Assembly: GCA_034667945.1 (NCBI GenBank)
Contig: JAXDQG010000535.1
Span: 1-27,519 of the forward strand
From: Acidimicrobiia bacterium
Lineage (GTDB): Bacteria; Actinomycetota; Acidimicrobiia; Acidimicrobiales; CAIXPF01
Direction of reading: 5' to 3'
DNA: 27,519 nucleotides
In this document: piece by piece, positions 15,855-23,938 of the stretch
Layout: the number at the start of each line of letters is the position of its first letter
Numbering within the stretch: the stretch's first letter is position 1
Position numbers and translations under genes: made by a program
The notes under the pieces: generated by a model
Database searches by the model: none
Told to the model about the DNA's origin: nothing
What the model saw: the letters and a program-made list of their open reading frames with translations, nothing else

Positions 15855-17153
15855 ATGTTGAAGCGACTTGATCTGCGCGGCGTTGCGGGTGACCTCGAGG
15901 CCCACCTCCCGCGGCCCACGCTGGGCGGGGACGAGCCGGTCGAGGCGGTGCGGGCGATCCTGGCCGACGTCAAGGCCCGGGGCGACCAGGCCCTGCGGGA
16001 CTACACGGCGCGATTCGACGGCGTCGAACTCGGCGCGGAGCTACGGGTGCCCCGCCAGGAGCTTCACGACGCCCTCGGTCGCATCGACAGCGCCCTGCGA
16101 GACGCCTTGGAGGAGGCGGCCGATTCCATCCGCAGCTTCCACGAGGGCCAGCTGCCCGTTGAACATCTCCATGAGCGGGGCGGCATCGCAGTCCGCGGCT
16201 ACGCCCGCCCGGTCGATCGAGCGGGCCTCTACGTGCCCGGTGGTCGTGCCGTGTACCCCTCCACCGTGCTCATGACCGCAGTGCCGGCGAAGGTGGCCGG
16301 TGTGCCGGAGACGGTGCTCTGTGTCCCGCCCGACCGCAGCACCGGCCGCGTGCCCGACGCCACCCTGGCCGCCGCGGCCCTGGCCGAGGTCGACGAGGTC
16401 TATCCGGTCGGCGGCGCACAGGCCATCGGCGCCCTCGCCTTCGGTACTGAATCGATCCGGCCGGTCGACGTCATCGTCGGCCCCGGCAACGTCTACGTCG
16501 CCGTGGCCAAGCGCGAGGTGGCGGGCCAAGGCCGCGTCGCAGTGCCGTCCAGCTTCGCCGGCCCCTCCGAGGTTGTCGTGGTCGCCGACGCCTCCGTCCC
16601 GGCCGAATACGCCGCCATTGACCTCATCGTCCAGGCCGAGCACGGGCCCGGCGGCCTTTCGTGGCTCCTCACCTGGTCCGAGGCGGTGGCCGACCACATC
16701 ATCGGGGTGATGGAGCAACTCGTCGAGAACGCTCCCCGCAAAGCGGACATCCTGTCCACACTCGACAGCAACGGCTATGCAGTGCTGTGCGACTCACCCG
16801 AACAAGCCATCGAGGTGAGCAACCTCATCGCCCCCGAGCACCTCGAGCTCCTGTGTGCCAACGGCGAGGCCCTGGTCCCGCTGGTGCGCAACGCCGGCGC
16901 CATCTTCTCCGGCGCGCTGGCGCCAGCCTCCATCGGCGACTACCTGGCAGGGCCCAACCACGTTCTGCCCACCTTCGGCTCGGCCCGATTCTCCAGCGCC
17001 CTCACCGTGCACGACTTCCTCAAGCACCTGCACGTGGTGACCGTCGACGAGTCGGGCCTCGAGCGGGTGGCGCCCCACGTTGTGGCTCTCGCCCGCGCCG
17101 AGGGCCTCGACGCCCATGCCCAATCAGTGCTGCTACGCCAGGCGCCACGATGA
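15855..17153 (+). CDS. hisD: Histidinol dehydrogenase
   Basis: [53 protein letters not shown]; -10-like TAGCGT at 15839-15844 before ATG 15855. Confidence 0.96.
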   Translation: MLKRLDLRGVAGDLEAHLPRPTLGGDEPVEAVRAILADVKARGDQALRDYTARFDGVELGAELRVPRQELHDALGRIDSALRDALEEAADSIRSFHEGQLPVEHLHERGGIAVRGYARPVDRAGLYVPGGRAVYPSTVLMTAVPAKVAGVPETVLCVPPDRSTGRVPDATLAAAALAEVDEVYPVGGAQAIGALAFGTESIRPVDVIVGPGNVYVAVAKREVAGQGRVAVPSSFAGPSEVVVVADASVPAEYAAIDLIVQAEHGPGGLSWLLTWSEAVADHIIGVMEQLVENAPRKADILSTLDSNGYAVLCDSPEQAIEVSNLIAPEHLELLCANGEALVPLVRNAGAIFSGALAPASIGDYLAGPNHVLPTFGSARFSSALTVHDFLKHLHVVTVDESGLERVAPHVVALARAEGLDAHAQSVLLRQAPR

Positions 17154-18229
17154 GCTCGACGAAACGGCCGCAGGTCCGGGCCGACCTCGGGCTGATGGAG
17201 GGGTACCACTCGCCGCAGGTGCCCGTCGAGGTGCGGCTCAACACCAACGAGTCGCCCTTCCCGCCGCCGCCCGAGTTCAGCGAACGGTTGGCGGCCGAGG
17301 TCGTCAACGTGGCCTGGCATCGCTATCCCGAGCGGTCGGCCTCGGCACTGCGCACAGGCATCGCCGCCCTGCACGACGTCAAGCCCGGGCAGGTCTTCGC
17401 GGCGAACGGCTCCAACGAGGTCCTGCAGACGCTGCTCCTTGCCTACGCCGGGCCGGGTCGGTCCGTGGCCACCTTCGAGCCCACGTACGCCCTGCACAGC
17501 CATATCGCCCGAATCACCGGAGCCACCGTGGTCGAGGGCGACCGAGGGAAAGACTTCGAGTTGCGGCTCGACGAGGCGGAGCGCGTTCTCGACCAGCACA
17601 AGCCGGCGGTGCTCTTCCTGTGCTCGCCCAACAACCCCACCGGTCTCCTCGAACCGCCAGAGCTCGTTCGAACGCTGGCCCAACGGGCGGCCGACGACGG
17701 CTTCGTCCTCGTGGTCGACGAGGCCTACGGCCAGTTCTCGCCCTGGTCGGCGCTCGAACTGCTCCACGACGACCTGCCATTGGTCGTCTCCCGCACGTAC
17801 TCGAAGACCTGGTCGATGGCGGCCGCACGCCTCGGCTACCTGGTCGGGCCCACGTGGCTCGTCGACGAGCTCGAGAAGGTCGTGCTGCCCTACCACCTCG
17901 ACGTCGTCACACAGCTCGCCGGCACGCTGGCGCTCGACTACGCGCCAGAGATGAGCGAGCGTGTCGCGGTGATCGTCGAAGAGCGGGGTCGGATCCAGGC
18001 CGCGCTGGCCGAGCTGCCGGTGCGCGCCTGGCCGTCCGCCGCCAACTTCCTGCTGTTCCGCCCGGAGGGGGGTTCCGGCGAGGCGGTCTGGCAAGGACTG
18101 GTCGAGCGCTCGGTGCTGGTGCGCAACTGCGCCTCCTGGCCCCGCCTGGAGGACTGCCTACGGGTGACGGTCGGCACCAGGGACGAGAACGACGCCTTCC
18201 TGGCGGCGTTGAAGGAGGTCTTGTCATGA
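17150..18229 (+). CDS. hisC: Histidinol-phosphate aminotransferase
   Basis: LNTNESPF, NGSNE, CSPNNPTG, VDEAY, RTYSK...ARLGY; ATG overlaps the hisD stop. Confidence 0.95.
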   Translation: MSSTKRPQVRADLGLMEGYHSPQVPVEVRLNTNESPFPPPPEFSERLAAEVVNVAWHRYPERSASALRTGIAALHDVKPGQVFAANGSNEVLQTLLLAYAGPGRSVATFEPTYALHSHIARITGATVVEGDRGKDFELRLDEAERVLDQHKPAVLFLCSPNNPTGLLEPPELVRTLAQRAADDGFVLVVDEAYGQFSPWSALELLHDDLPLVVSRTYSKTWSMAAARLGYLVGPTWLVDELEKVVLPYHLDVVTQLAGTLALDYAPEMSERVAVIVEERGRIQAALAELPVRAWPSAANFLLFRPEGGSGEAVWQGLVERSVLVRNCASWPRLEDCLRVTVGTRDENDAFLAALKEVLS

Positions 18230-18242
18230 GTGGGGGTGGATC

Positions 18243-18836
18243 ATGAGCAGGGTCGGTACCCGGTCGCGCTCGACCAAGGAGACGACGGTCGAGGTCAGGA
18301 TCGACCTGGACGGCGCCGGACGGGTCGAGGCAGCGACCGGCATCCCCTACTTCGACCACATGCTCGATCAGCTCGGGCGGCACGGCGGCTTCGACCTTGT
18401 CGCCAAGACGGTGGGGGACCTGGCGGTCGACACCCACCACACCATCGAGGACACCGGCATCGCCATCGGGCAGGCGCTGGCCGAGGCGCTGGGCGACAAG
18501 GCCGGCGTTCGGCGGTTCGCCTCCATCCGGGTGCCGCTCGACGAAGCGCTGGTCGAAGTGGTCATCGACCTCTCGGGACGCCCCTACCTGCACTACGAGG
18601 TGGAGTTCCCCGAGCACGAAATCATCTACGGACAGCCGCCCTTCGACGCCCAGCTGACGGAGGAGTTCTTCCGGGCGGTGGTCGTTGCTGCCGGCATCAC
18701 CCTCCATGTGACCCGGGTGCGGGGTAAGAACACGCATCACATCGTCGAGGCGTCCTTCAAGGGAGTGGCCCGGGCGCTGCGCGACGCCGTGCGGGTCGAG
18801 GGCACTGGTGTGCCGTCCACCAAGGGGACGCTGTGA
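18243..18836 (+). CDS. hisB: Imidazoleglycerol-phosphate dehydratase
   Basis: TGIPYFDHML, DTHHTIED, LDEAL, DLSGRP, NTHHIVEASFK, PSTKG. Confidence 0.96.
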   Translation: MSRVGTRSRSTKETTVEVRIDLDGAGRVEAATGIPYFDHMLDQLGRHGGFDLVAKTVGDLAVDTHHTIEDTGIAIGQALAEALGDKAGVRRFASIRVPLDEALVEVVIDLSGRPYLHYEVEFPEHEIIYGQPPFDAQLTEEFFRAVVVAAGITLHVTRVRGKNTHHIVEASFKGVARALRDAVRVEGTGVPSTKGTL

Positions 18837-19456
18837 CCTTCGTGGCGGTGCTCGACTACGGCATCGGCAACCTGCGTTCCGCCCAGAAGGCGCTCCAGCG
18901 GCAGGGGGCCGACGCCCGCCTGACCGCGGATGTCGAGGAGATCCGCCGGGCTGACGGTGTGGTGCTCCCCGGCGTGGGCGCCTTCGGGCGGTGCATGGAG
19001 GCCCTGCGCGAGGCCCGCCTCGACGGGGTGGCGCTCGAGGCCAGCGCTTCAGGCCGCCCGTTCCTCGGCATCTGCATCGGCATGCAGATGCTCTACGAAG
19101 CCTCGGAGGAGTCGCCAGGGGTCAAAGGCCTGGGCATCATGCCCGGGGTCGTGCGTCTGCTGCCCGAAGGGGTCAAGCGGCCGCAGATGCAGTGGAACCG
19201 GCTCGACATCCCCTGCCCGCACCCACTGTTCGAGGGTCTGCCCGAGCGGCCGTGGATGTACTTCGTGCACTCGTACGCCCCCTACGACCCTGACCATGCC
19301 GTCGCCACCTGCGACTACGGCGGCCCGGTCGTAGCCGCGGCTGCCCGTGACAACGTGTGGGCCACGCAGTTCCACCCGGAGAAGTCGGGCGACAATGGTC
19401 TCGCGCTGCTGTCGAATTTCCTCCGGGCGTGTTCGGCGCGCACGGTGGCCGCGTGA
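18833..19456 (+). CDS. hisH: IGP synthase glutaminase subunit
   Basis: DYGIGNLRS, LPGVGAF, GICIGMQ, YFVHSY, QFHPEKS. Confidence 0.96.
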   Translation: MTFVAVLDYGIGNLRSAQKALQRQGADARLTADVEEIRRADGVVLPGVGAFGRCMEALREARLDGVALEASASGRPFLGICIGMQMLYEASEESPGVKGLGIMPGVVRLLPEGVKRPQMQWNRLDIPCPHPLFEGLPERPWMYFVHSYAPYDPDHAVATCDYGGPVVAAAARDNVWATQFHPEKSGDNGLALLSNFLRACSARTVAA

Positions 19457-20205
19457 CGGACTTCCGCCTCTATCCGGCCATCGACCTTCGCGGAGGCCGC
19501 TGCGTGCGCCTTTACCAGGGTGAATACGGCCGAGAGACCATCTACGACGATGACCCGGTGGCCCGGGCGCGACTGTTCGCCGACGCCGGTGCCCCGTGGA
19601 TTCACGTGGTCGACCTCGACGCCGCCCGTACGGGGGAGCCGCTGAACCGGCCCACGGTGGCCGCCATCGCCAAGGCCGTAGACGTGCCGGTGCAGACCGG
19701 CGGAGGGGTGCGGACGGTCGAGGCTGCCCAGGAGCTGGTCGCCGCTGGCGTGGCCCGCGTGGTCGTGGGCACCGCGGCGCTCGAGTCGCCGGAGCTGGTG
19801 CCCACGCTCGCCCCGCAGCTACCGGTGGCCATCGGGCTGGACGTCCGGGGTCGAGAGGTCGCGGTCCGGGGCTGGGAGAAGGCAGCCGGTCTCGACCTGC
19901 TCGGCGCGGTCGACCGCTTCGCCGGGTTGCCGCTGGCAGCTTTCATCGTCACCCAGATCGCAGTGGACGGCACGCTGGCCGGACCGGACCTGGAGCTCTA
20001 CGCCGAGCTGCTGGCCCACACCGAGGTGCCGGTGGTGGCCTCCGGTGGAGTGGGCTCGCTGGCCGACATCGCGGCGCTGCGCGACCTGCGACAGCCGGGA
20101 CGCTCGCTCGATGGGGTCATCGTCGGCCGAGCGCTGTACGACGGAGCCTTCTCGCTGGTCGACGCGTTGGCCGTCGCCGCTGGAGGACCGGCGCCGTCCG
20201 GGTGA
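19453..20205 (+). CDS. hisA: ProFAR isomerase (HisA/PriA family)
   Basis: YPAIDLRGGRCVRL, HVVDLDAA, QTGGGVR, DGTLAGPD, ASGGV, IVGRALY; GTG overlaps the hisH stop. Confidence 0.94.
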   Translation: MTDFRLYPAIDLRGGRCVRLYQGEYGRETIYDDDPVARARLFADAGAPWIHVVDLDAARTGEPLNRPTVAAIAKAVDVPVQTGGGVRTVEAAQELVAAGVARVVVGTAALESPELVPTLAPQLPVAIGLDVRGREVAVRGWEKAAGLDLLGAVDRFAGLPLAAFIVTQIAVDGTLAGPDLELYAELLAHTEVPVVASGGVGSLADIAALRDLRQPGRSLDGVIVGRALYDGAFSLVDALAVAAGGPAPSG

Positions 20206-20212
20206 CGGCCTA

Positions 20213-21625
20213 TCAGCCCGCTGCCGGTTGCGGCTGGGCTGACGTCGCGTGACCGACGTAGACCAGGCCCAGCTGACCGGCAACGCTGCGGGGCTCGGCC
20301 CAGGCGATGGCCCTGGCGTCACTCGTGACCAGGACGACCTGTTGATCGGCAGCCATCCGTAGGACGGTCTCGAGCAAGCGGACCCTCTCGGTGGCCTCCA
20401 GGTGGAGGAAGGGCTCTTCGAGCACGAGCGGTAGGCGTTCGTGCTGCGGACCGACCGCCCGCAGCTCCAACAGCCGATGGACGACCAGACGGGCTGTGTC
20501 GGCGGGTGCTCCGCGCTCGCTCTTGAACTCGGCGCCCAAATGCTCGCTCGTGGTCTGCCGCCGATGGGCCAGCGTCTCGATCGCCGCCCGATTGGCCAGC
20601 GCCCACTTCACCGCCACGCCGCCGCTGAGCAGGCGCCAGCGCGTGGTCAACAGGTCGTGCTGGGCTGCCGTCTCCAGCACCGCAGTACGGGCCATGTCGT
20701 CGGCCAACGGCCCGCTGCGGAGCTCAAGGGCCAGACGTGAGGACTCGGGGAGCGCGGCGCGCATCCGGCGTTCCTGGCGCTTGGTCGCCGAGAGATGCCG
20801 ACGATCGGCGAGCGCCACGACGAGGGACACGACAGCCAGAAGCAACAGCGCCTTGGCTGTCCAGTTGTTGTCCTGAAGCACGCCATTGAGCGCCAGCAGC
20901 AGCAGGCCGACTCCCGTGCAGGCGCCGGCGACGAGCAGCCCGAGCCGCATCACGCTCCGGTGTGCCTTGGCGGCCAGCTCCACCTGGCTGCGCGCCTCGT
21001 CGGCCAGCTCGATGGCCCGGGCATGCTGCACGACGAGCGCGCCGTTCGCACCGTGTCCCCCTTGCGGGCCGTGGGCCGCCTCGCCCGCATCGCTGTTGCT
21101 CCGGCCCCCGACTGCTGGTTGGTCAATAAGCGCAGCCGTCGCTTCGGCCAGACGCCGCTCGGCGGCCGCCAACTGGTCTGCCAGCTCCCACAGCTGGGCC
21201 TGGTCCAGGGTGGCCAGGTGGTGGGCCAGACGATGGTCGTCCGTGCCGGAGTCGTCGGCGTGCTCGACCTCGTAGGGGCCGAGGTGCATGAGCCGCAGCC
21301 CGGCGGTCCGGTCGATGCCGGATCCACCCAGAAGGTCGACCGACCCCCCAGCTCGGGTGAACGAGGCGGTGACCTCTCCGCCGGCATCGGCGTCGATGAC
21401 CCGGTGAGGCGAGGCCGCCGGGCGGAAGACCACGAGGTAGTGGCCGTTGCGGTCGGTGAGCTCCAGATGCACGCCGTCGCGGTCGCCACCGAGGCTCTCC
21501 AGCAGGCCGCTTACGAAACGGGTGCGGTAGCCGGGCTCGCCGAGCGCGACCACGGTGAGACCGGGATGGAAGTCGGCTGAGACGGATTGCTCACCGTCGT
21601 CGATGACCAGCCGTTGTAATTCCAA
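20213..21625 (-). CDS. Hypothetical membrane protein with coiled coils and degenerate SMC/Rad50-like (YhaN/AAA_27-type) termini
   Basis: 470 aa with two central TM helices flanked by helical segments; C-terminal LPLVLEEPFLHLE...QQVVLVTSD resembles the Walker B/D-loop/H-switch region; TTG start after GGACGAG. Confidence 0.75.
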   Translation of the reverse strand: MELQRLVIDDGEQSVSADFHPGLTVVALGEPGYRTRFVSGLLESLGGDRDGVHLELTDRNGHYLVVFRPAASPHRVIDADAGGEVTASFTRAGGSVDLLGGSGIDRTAGLRLMHLGPYEVEHADDSGTDDHRLAHHLATLDQAQLWELADQLAAAERRLAEATAALIDQPAVGGRSNSDAGEAAHGPQGGHGANGALVVQHARAIELADEARSQVELAAKAHRSVMRLGLLVAGACTGVGLLLLALNGVLQDNNWTAKALLLLAVVSLVVALADRRHLSATKRQERRMRAALPESSRLALELRSGPLADDMARTAVLETAAQHDLLTTRWRLLSGGVAVKWALANRAAIETLAHRRQTTSEHLGAEFKSERGAPADTARLVVHRLLELRAVGPQHERLPLVLEEPFLHLEATERVRLLETVLRMAADQQVVLVTSDARAIAWAEPRSVAGQLGLVYVGHATSAQPQPAAG

Positions 21626-21784
21626 GTCTCGTCCACCCTGCCATGCGTCGTCCGGAACTTACCGGTCGTCGACTGAGCTGTCGCATCACCCCTGTTCAGC
21701 AGGGGAGTGGTTCCCCAACCACCGCGCGACGGAACATCCGCGCCCACCGGTAGCCCGGCCGGGGGCTGCGCAACCACGGCCGTA

Positions 21785-21790
21785 TAGCCT
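21785..21790 (+). promoter_or_regulatory. -10 element TAGCCT of a probable leaderless hisF transcript
   Basis: TANNNT 6 nt before GTG 21797; no SD. Confidence 0.6.
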
Positions 21791-21796
21791 CCGCCT

Positions 21797-22561
21797 GTGC
21801 GCACGATTCGGGTCATCCCCTGTCTCGATGTCGATAGGGGACGGGTGGTCAAGGGCGTGAACTTCGTCGACCTGCGTGATGCCGGCGACCCCGTCGAACT
21901 GGCGTCCCGTTACGACGCCGAAGGTGCGGACGAGGTGGTCTTTCTGGACATCACCGCCAGCTCGGACGCCCGGCGCACGATCGTCGACGTCGCCCGACGC
22001 ACAGCCGAGCAGGTGTTCATTCCCTTCACGATCGGCGGCGGCGTCCGGGCCGTGTCCGACGCCCGCGAGCTGCTCCGCGCGGGTGCCGACAAGGTGTCGA
22101 TCAATACTGCGGCGGTTGATCGGCCGCAGCTGGTGCGCGAGCTGGCCGTCGAGTTCGGCGCCCAGTGCGTGGTGGTCGCCGTCGATGCCCGGCGCACAGC
22201 TGGGCAGCCTTCGGGCTTCGGCGTCTACACGCACGGCGGCCGCGTGGCCACCCCGCTCGACGCCGTCGACTGGGCCCGTCAGGTGGAGGATGCCGGCGCC
22301 GGCGAGATCCTGCTCACCTCGATGGATCGCGACGGCACGCGCGACGGTTTCGATGTGGAGCTCACCCGGGCCGTGGCCGACGCGGTCGGCATTCCGGTGA
22401 TCGCCTCGGGTGGCGTGGGGACGCTGCAGCATCTGGTCGACGGGGTGATCGAGGGGCACGCCGATGCGGTGCTGGCCGCCTCCATCTTCCATTTCGGTGA
22501 GCATCGGGTGGGCGAGGCCAAGCAGGTGTTGGCCGACGCCGGCCTGGCCGTCCGCCTCTGA
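21797..22561 (+). CDS. hisF: IGP synthase cyclase subunit
   Basis: [54 protein letters not shown]. Confidence 0.97.
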   Translation: MRTIRVIPCLDVDRGRVVKGVNFVDLRDAGDPVELASRYDAEGADEVVFLDITASSDARRTIVDVARRTAEQVFIPFTIGGGVRAVSDARELLRAGADKVSINTAAVDRPQLVRELAVEFGAQCVVVAVDARRTAGQPSGFGVYTHGGRVATPLDAVDWARQVEDAGAGEILLTSMDRDGTRDGFDVELTRAVADAVGIPVIASGGVGTLQHLVDGVIEGHADAVLAASIFHFGEHRVGEAKQVLADAGLAVRL

Positions 22562-22593
22562 TCGATCCCCGCTACTCCCGCCCGATACGCCAC

Positions 22594-22662
22594 CCGATCA
22601 GCCCAGCTCCGAGGCAAAGCCGTCCGATCAGTTCAGCCGATCAGCCCAGCTCGGAGGCAAAG
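22594..22662. repeat. 26-bp direct repeat duplicating the last codons and stop of the hydrolase gene
   Basis: ccgatcagcccagctc(c/g)gaggcaaag at 22594-22619 and 22637-22662, one mismatch. Confidence 0.85.
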
Positions 22663-23267
22663 GCGACCACCTGCTCGGCGATCTCGCCGGCGTGGCCCCA
22701 CACGAAGTGGTCGGCTCCCGCAATCGTGGTCACCGTGGTCGACGTCCACCCCGAGGTGGCCTCGCTCGCCGACGCAGGCGGGCGGAACTGGTCGTGCTCG
22801 GGCACCAGCAGCAGCTTCCGACGGGGGTCGGCGGGGGCGGCCATCTCGTCCACCGGCACCAGCCGGAGGGGTGGGGCGACACAGACCCAGCCGGCGTGGC
22901 TCGGCTCGCCGACGCTGAGGCTCATGTCGGCGCCGAACGACCAGCCGCAGAAGAACACCGGTGTGCCGGCAGGCACCTCGGCCGCCGCCGCCCTCAAGGC
23001 CGCGGCCGCGTCCAGACGCTCGCCTCGTCCTTCGTCGTGAGTGCCCGTCGATCCGCCGACACCTCTGAAGTTGAAGCGGAACGCACCCACGTTCTTCCTG
23101 GGCAAGAGGCCGAAGAGCTCGTCGATGAGCCCGGCGTCCATCGAACCGCCGTACAGCGGGTGCGGATGGGTGAGCACCGCCAGGGCACGGGCGTCGTCGG
23201 GCAGGTCGACCTCGGCCTCCAGCCGCGTGCCGTCGGGAACGTCGACCGTGAGGTGTCGGACGGGCAT
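22641..23267 (-). CDS. Alpha/beta-fold hydrolase (HPHP...GGS type)
   Basis: THPHPLYGGSMD, RFNFRGVGGS, GWSFG nucleophile elbow, HDQF, ADHF; TAGGGT -10 at 23278-23273, 5 nt before ATG 23267. Confidence 0.87.
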   Translation of the reverse strand: MPVRHLTVDVPDGTRLEAEVDLPDDARALAVLTHPHPLYGGSMDAGLIDELFGLLPRKNVGAFRFNFRGVGGSTGTHDEGRGERLDAAAALRAAAAEVPAGTPVFFCGWSFGADMSLSVGEPSHAGWVCVAPPLRLVPVDEMAAPADPRRKLLLVPEHDQFRPPASASEATSGWTSTTVTTIAGADHFVWGHAGEIAEQVVAFASELG

Positions 23268-23395
23268 GGCGCACCCTAACCCAGCAGGCATCAACCGGTC
23301 CCCGGGCCGAGTCCTCCCCTCGATCGGCGCCGGGCGGCGCACCCACAGTGCTGCGCTATTCCCGCCTGGACGGCCGGCTGGAGTACGTTCGAGGT

Positions 23396-23860
23396 GTGAC
23401 CAGCCCTTCCACCGATGAGGCGATTCAGTCCACCGAGAAAGCCGCTCAGTCCACCGAGAAAGCCGCTCAGTCCAACGAGAAAGCCGCTCAGTCCACCGAG
23501 AACGCCGCGGTGAAGGAGCGGTACACACGCGGGCGGCACACGGCCGAGGGTCAGCCGATCCGGATGCTGAACGACCGCATCCTGGTCAAGATCGAGATGG
23601 CCGAAGGCGAGCGGCGCTCCTCCGGGGGCATCCTCATCCCGGCAACCGCCCAGGTCGGCAAGCGGCTTGCATGGGCGAAGGTCGTGGCCGTGGGCCCGAA
23701 CGTGCGGGCCATGCAGGCCGGCGACAAGGTCTTGTTCAACCCGGAAGACCGCTACGAGGTCGAAGTCCGGGGCGATGATTACATCATCCTGCGAGAGCGC
23801 GACATTCACGCCGTTGCGGCCGACCGCCTCGAGGAATCCGCCCCGGGTCTGTACATCTGA
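23396..23860 (+). CDS. GroES/Cpn10-like paralog with N-terminal repeat extension and C-terminal GLYI tail
   Basis: PIRMLNDRILVK, ERRSSGGILIP mobile loop, VVAVGP, GDKVLF, YIILRERDIHAV; TACGTT -10 at 23384-23389, 6 nt before GTG 23396; no groEL adjacent. Confidence 0.85.
   Translation: MTSPSTDEAIQSTEKAAQSTEKAAQSNEKAAQSTENAAVKERYTRGRHTAEGQPIRMLNDRILVKIEMAEGERRSSGGILIPATAQVGKRLAWAKVVAVGPNVRAMQAGDKVLFNPEDRYEVEVRGDDYIILRERDIHAVAADRLEESAPGLYI
23426..23509. repeat. 21-bp tandem repeat x4 (QSTEKAA units) in the GroES-like N-terminus
   Basis: cagtccaccgagaaagccgct units at 23426, 23447, 23468 and 23489 with few substitutions. Confidence 0.92.
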
Positions 23861-23875
23861 GCCAGCTGCTCAGGG

Positions 23876-23910
23876 TCCGAGCCATCTCCTCAGATCCGAG
23901 CCATCTCCTC
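23876..23910. repeat. 16-bp direct repeat between the convergent groES-like and trpE(G) genes
   Basis: tccgagccatctcctc at 23876-23891 and 23895-23910. Confidence 0.85.
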
Positions 23911-23938
23911 CCGCGCCTCACCAGGAGACGGCACTTGG

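Noticed and set aside
15058-15905. Minus-strand ORFs 15058..15567, 15170..15667 and 15141..15905 as genes
   Set aside because: No recognisable motifs, mixed codon usage and mutually overlapping frames; unsupported without homology data.
23876-23910. GAGGAGATG in the 16-bp repeat as a minus-strand gene start
   Set aside because: SD-to-ATG spacing is too short, and the frame runs antisense into the GroES-like gene.
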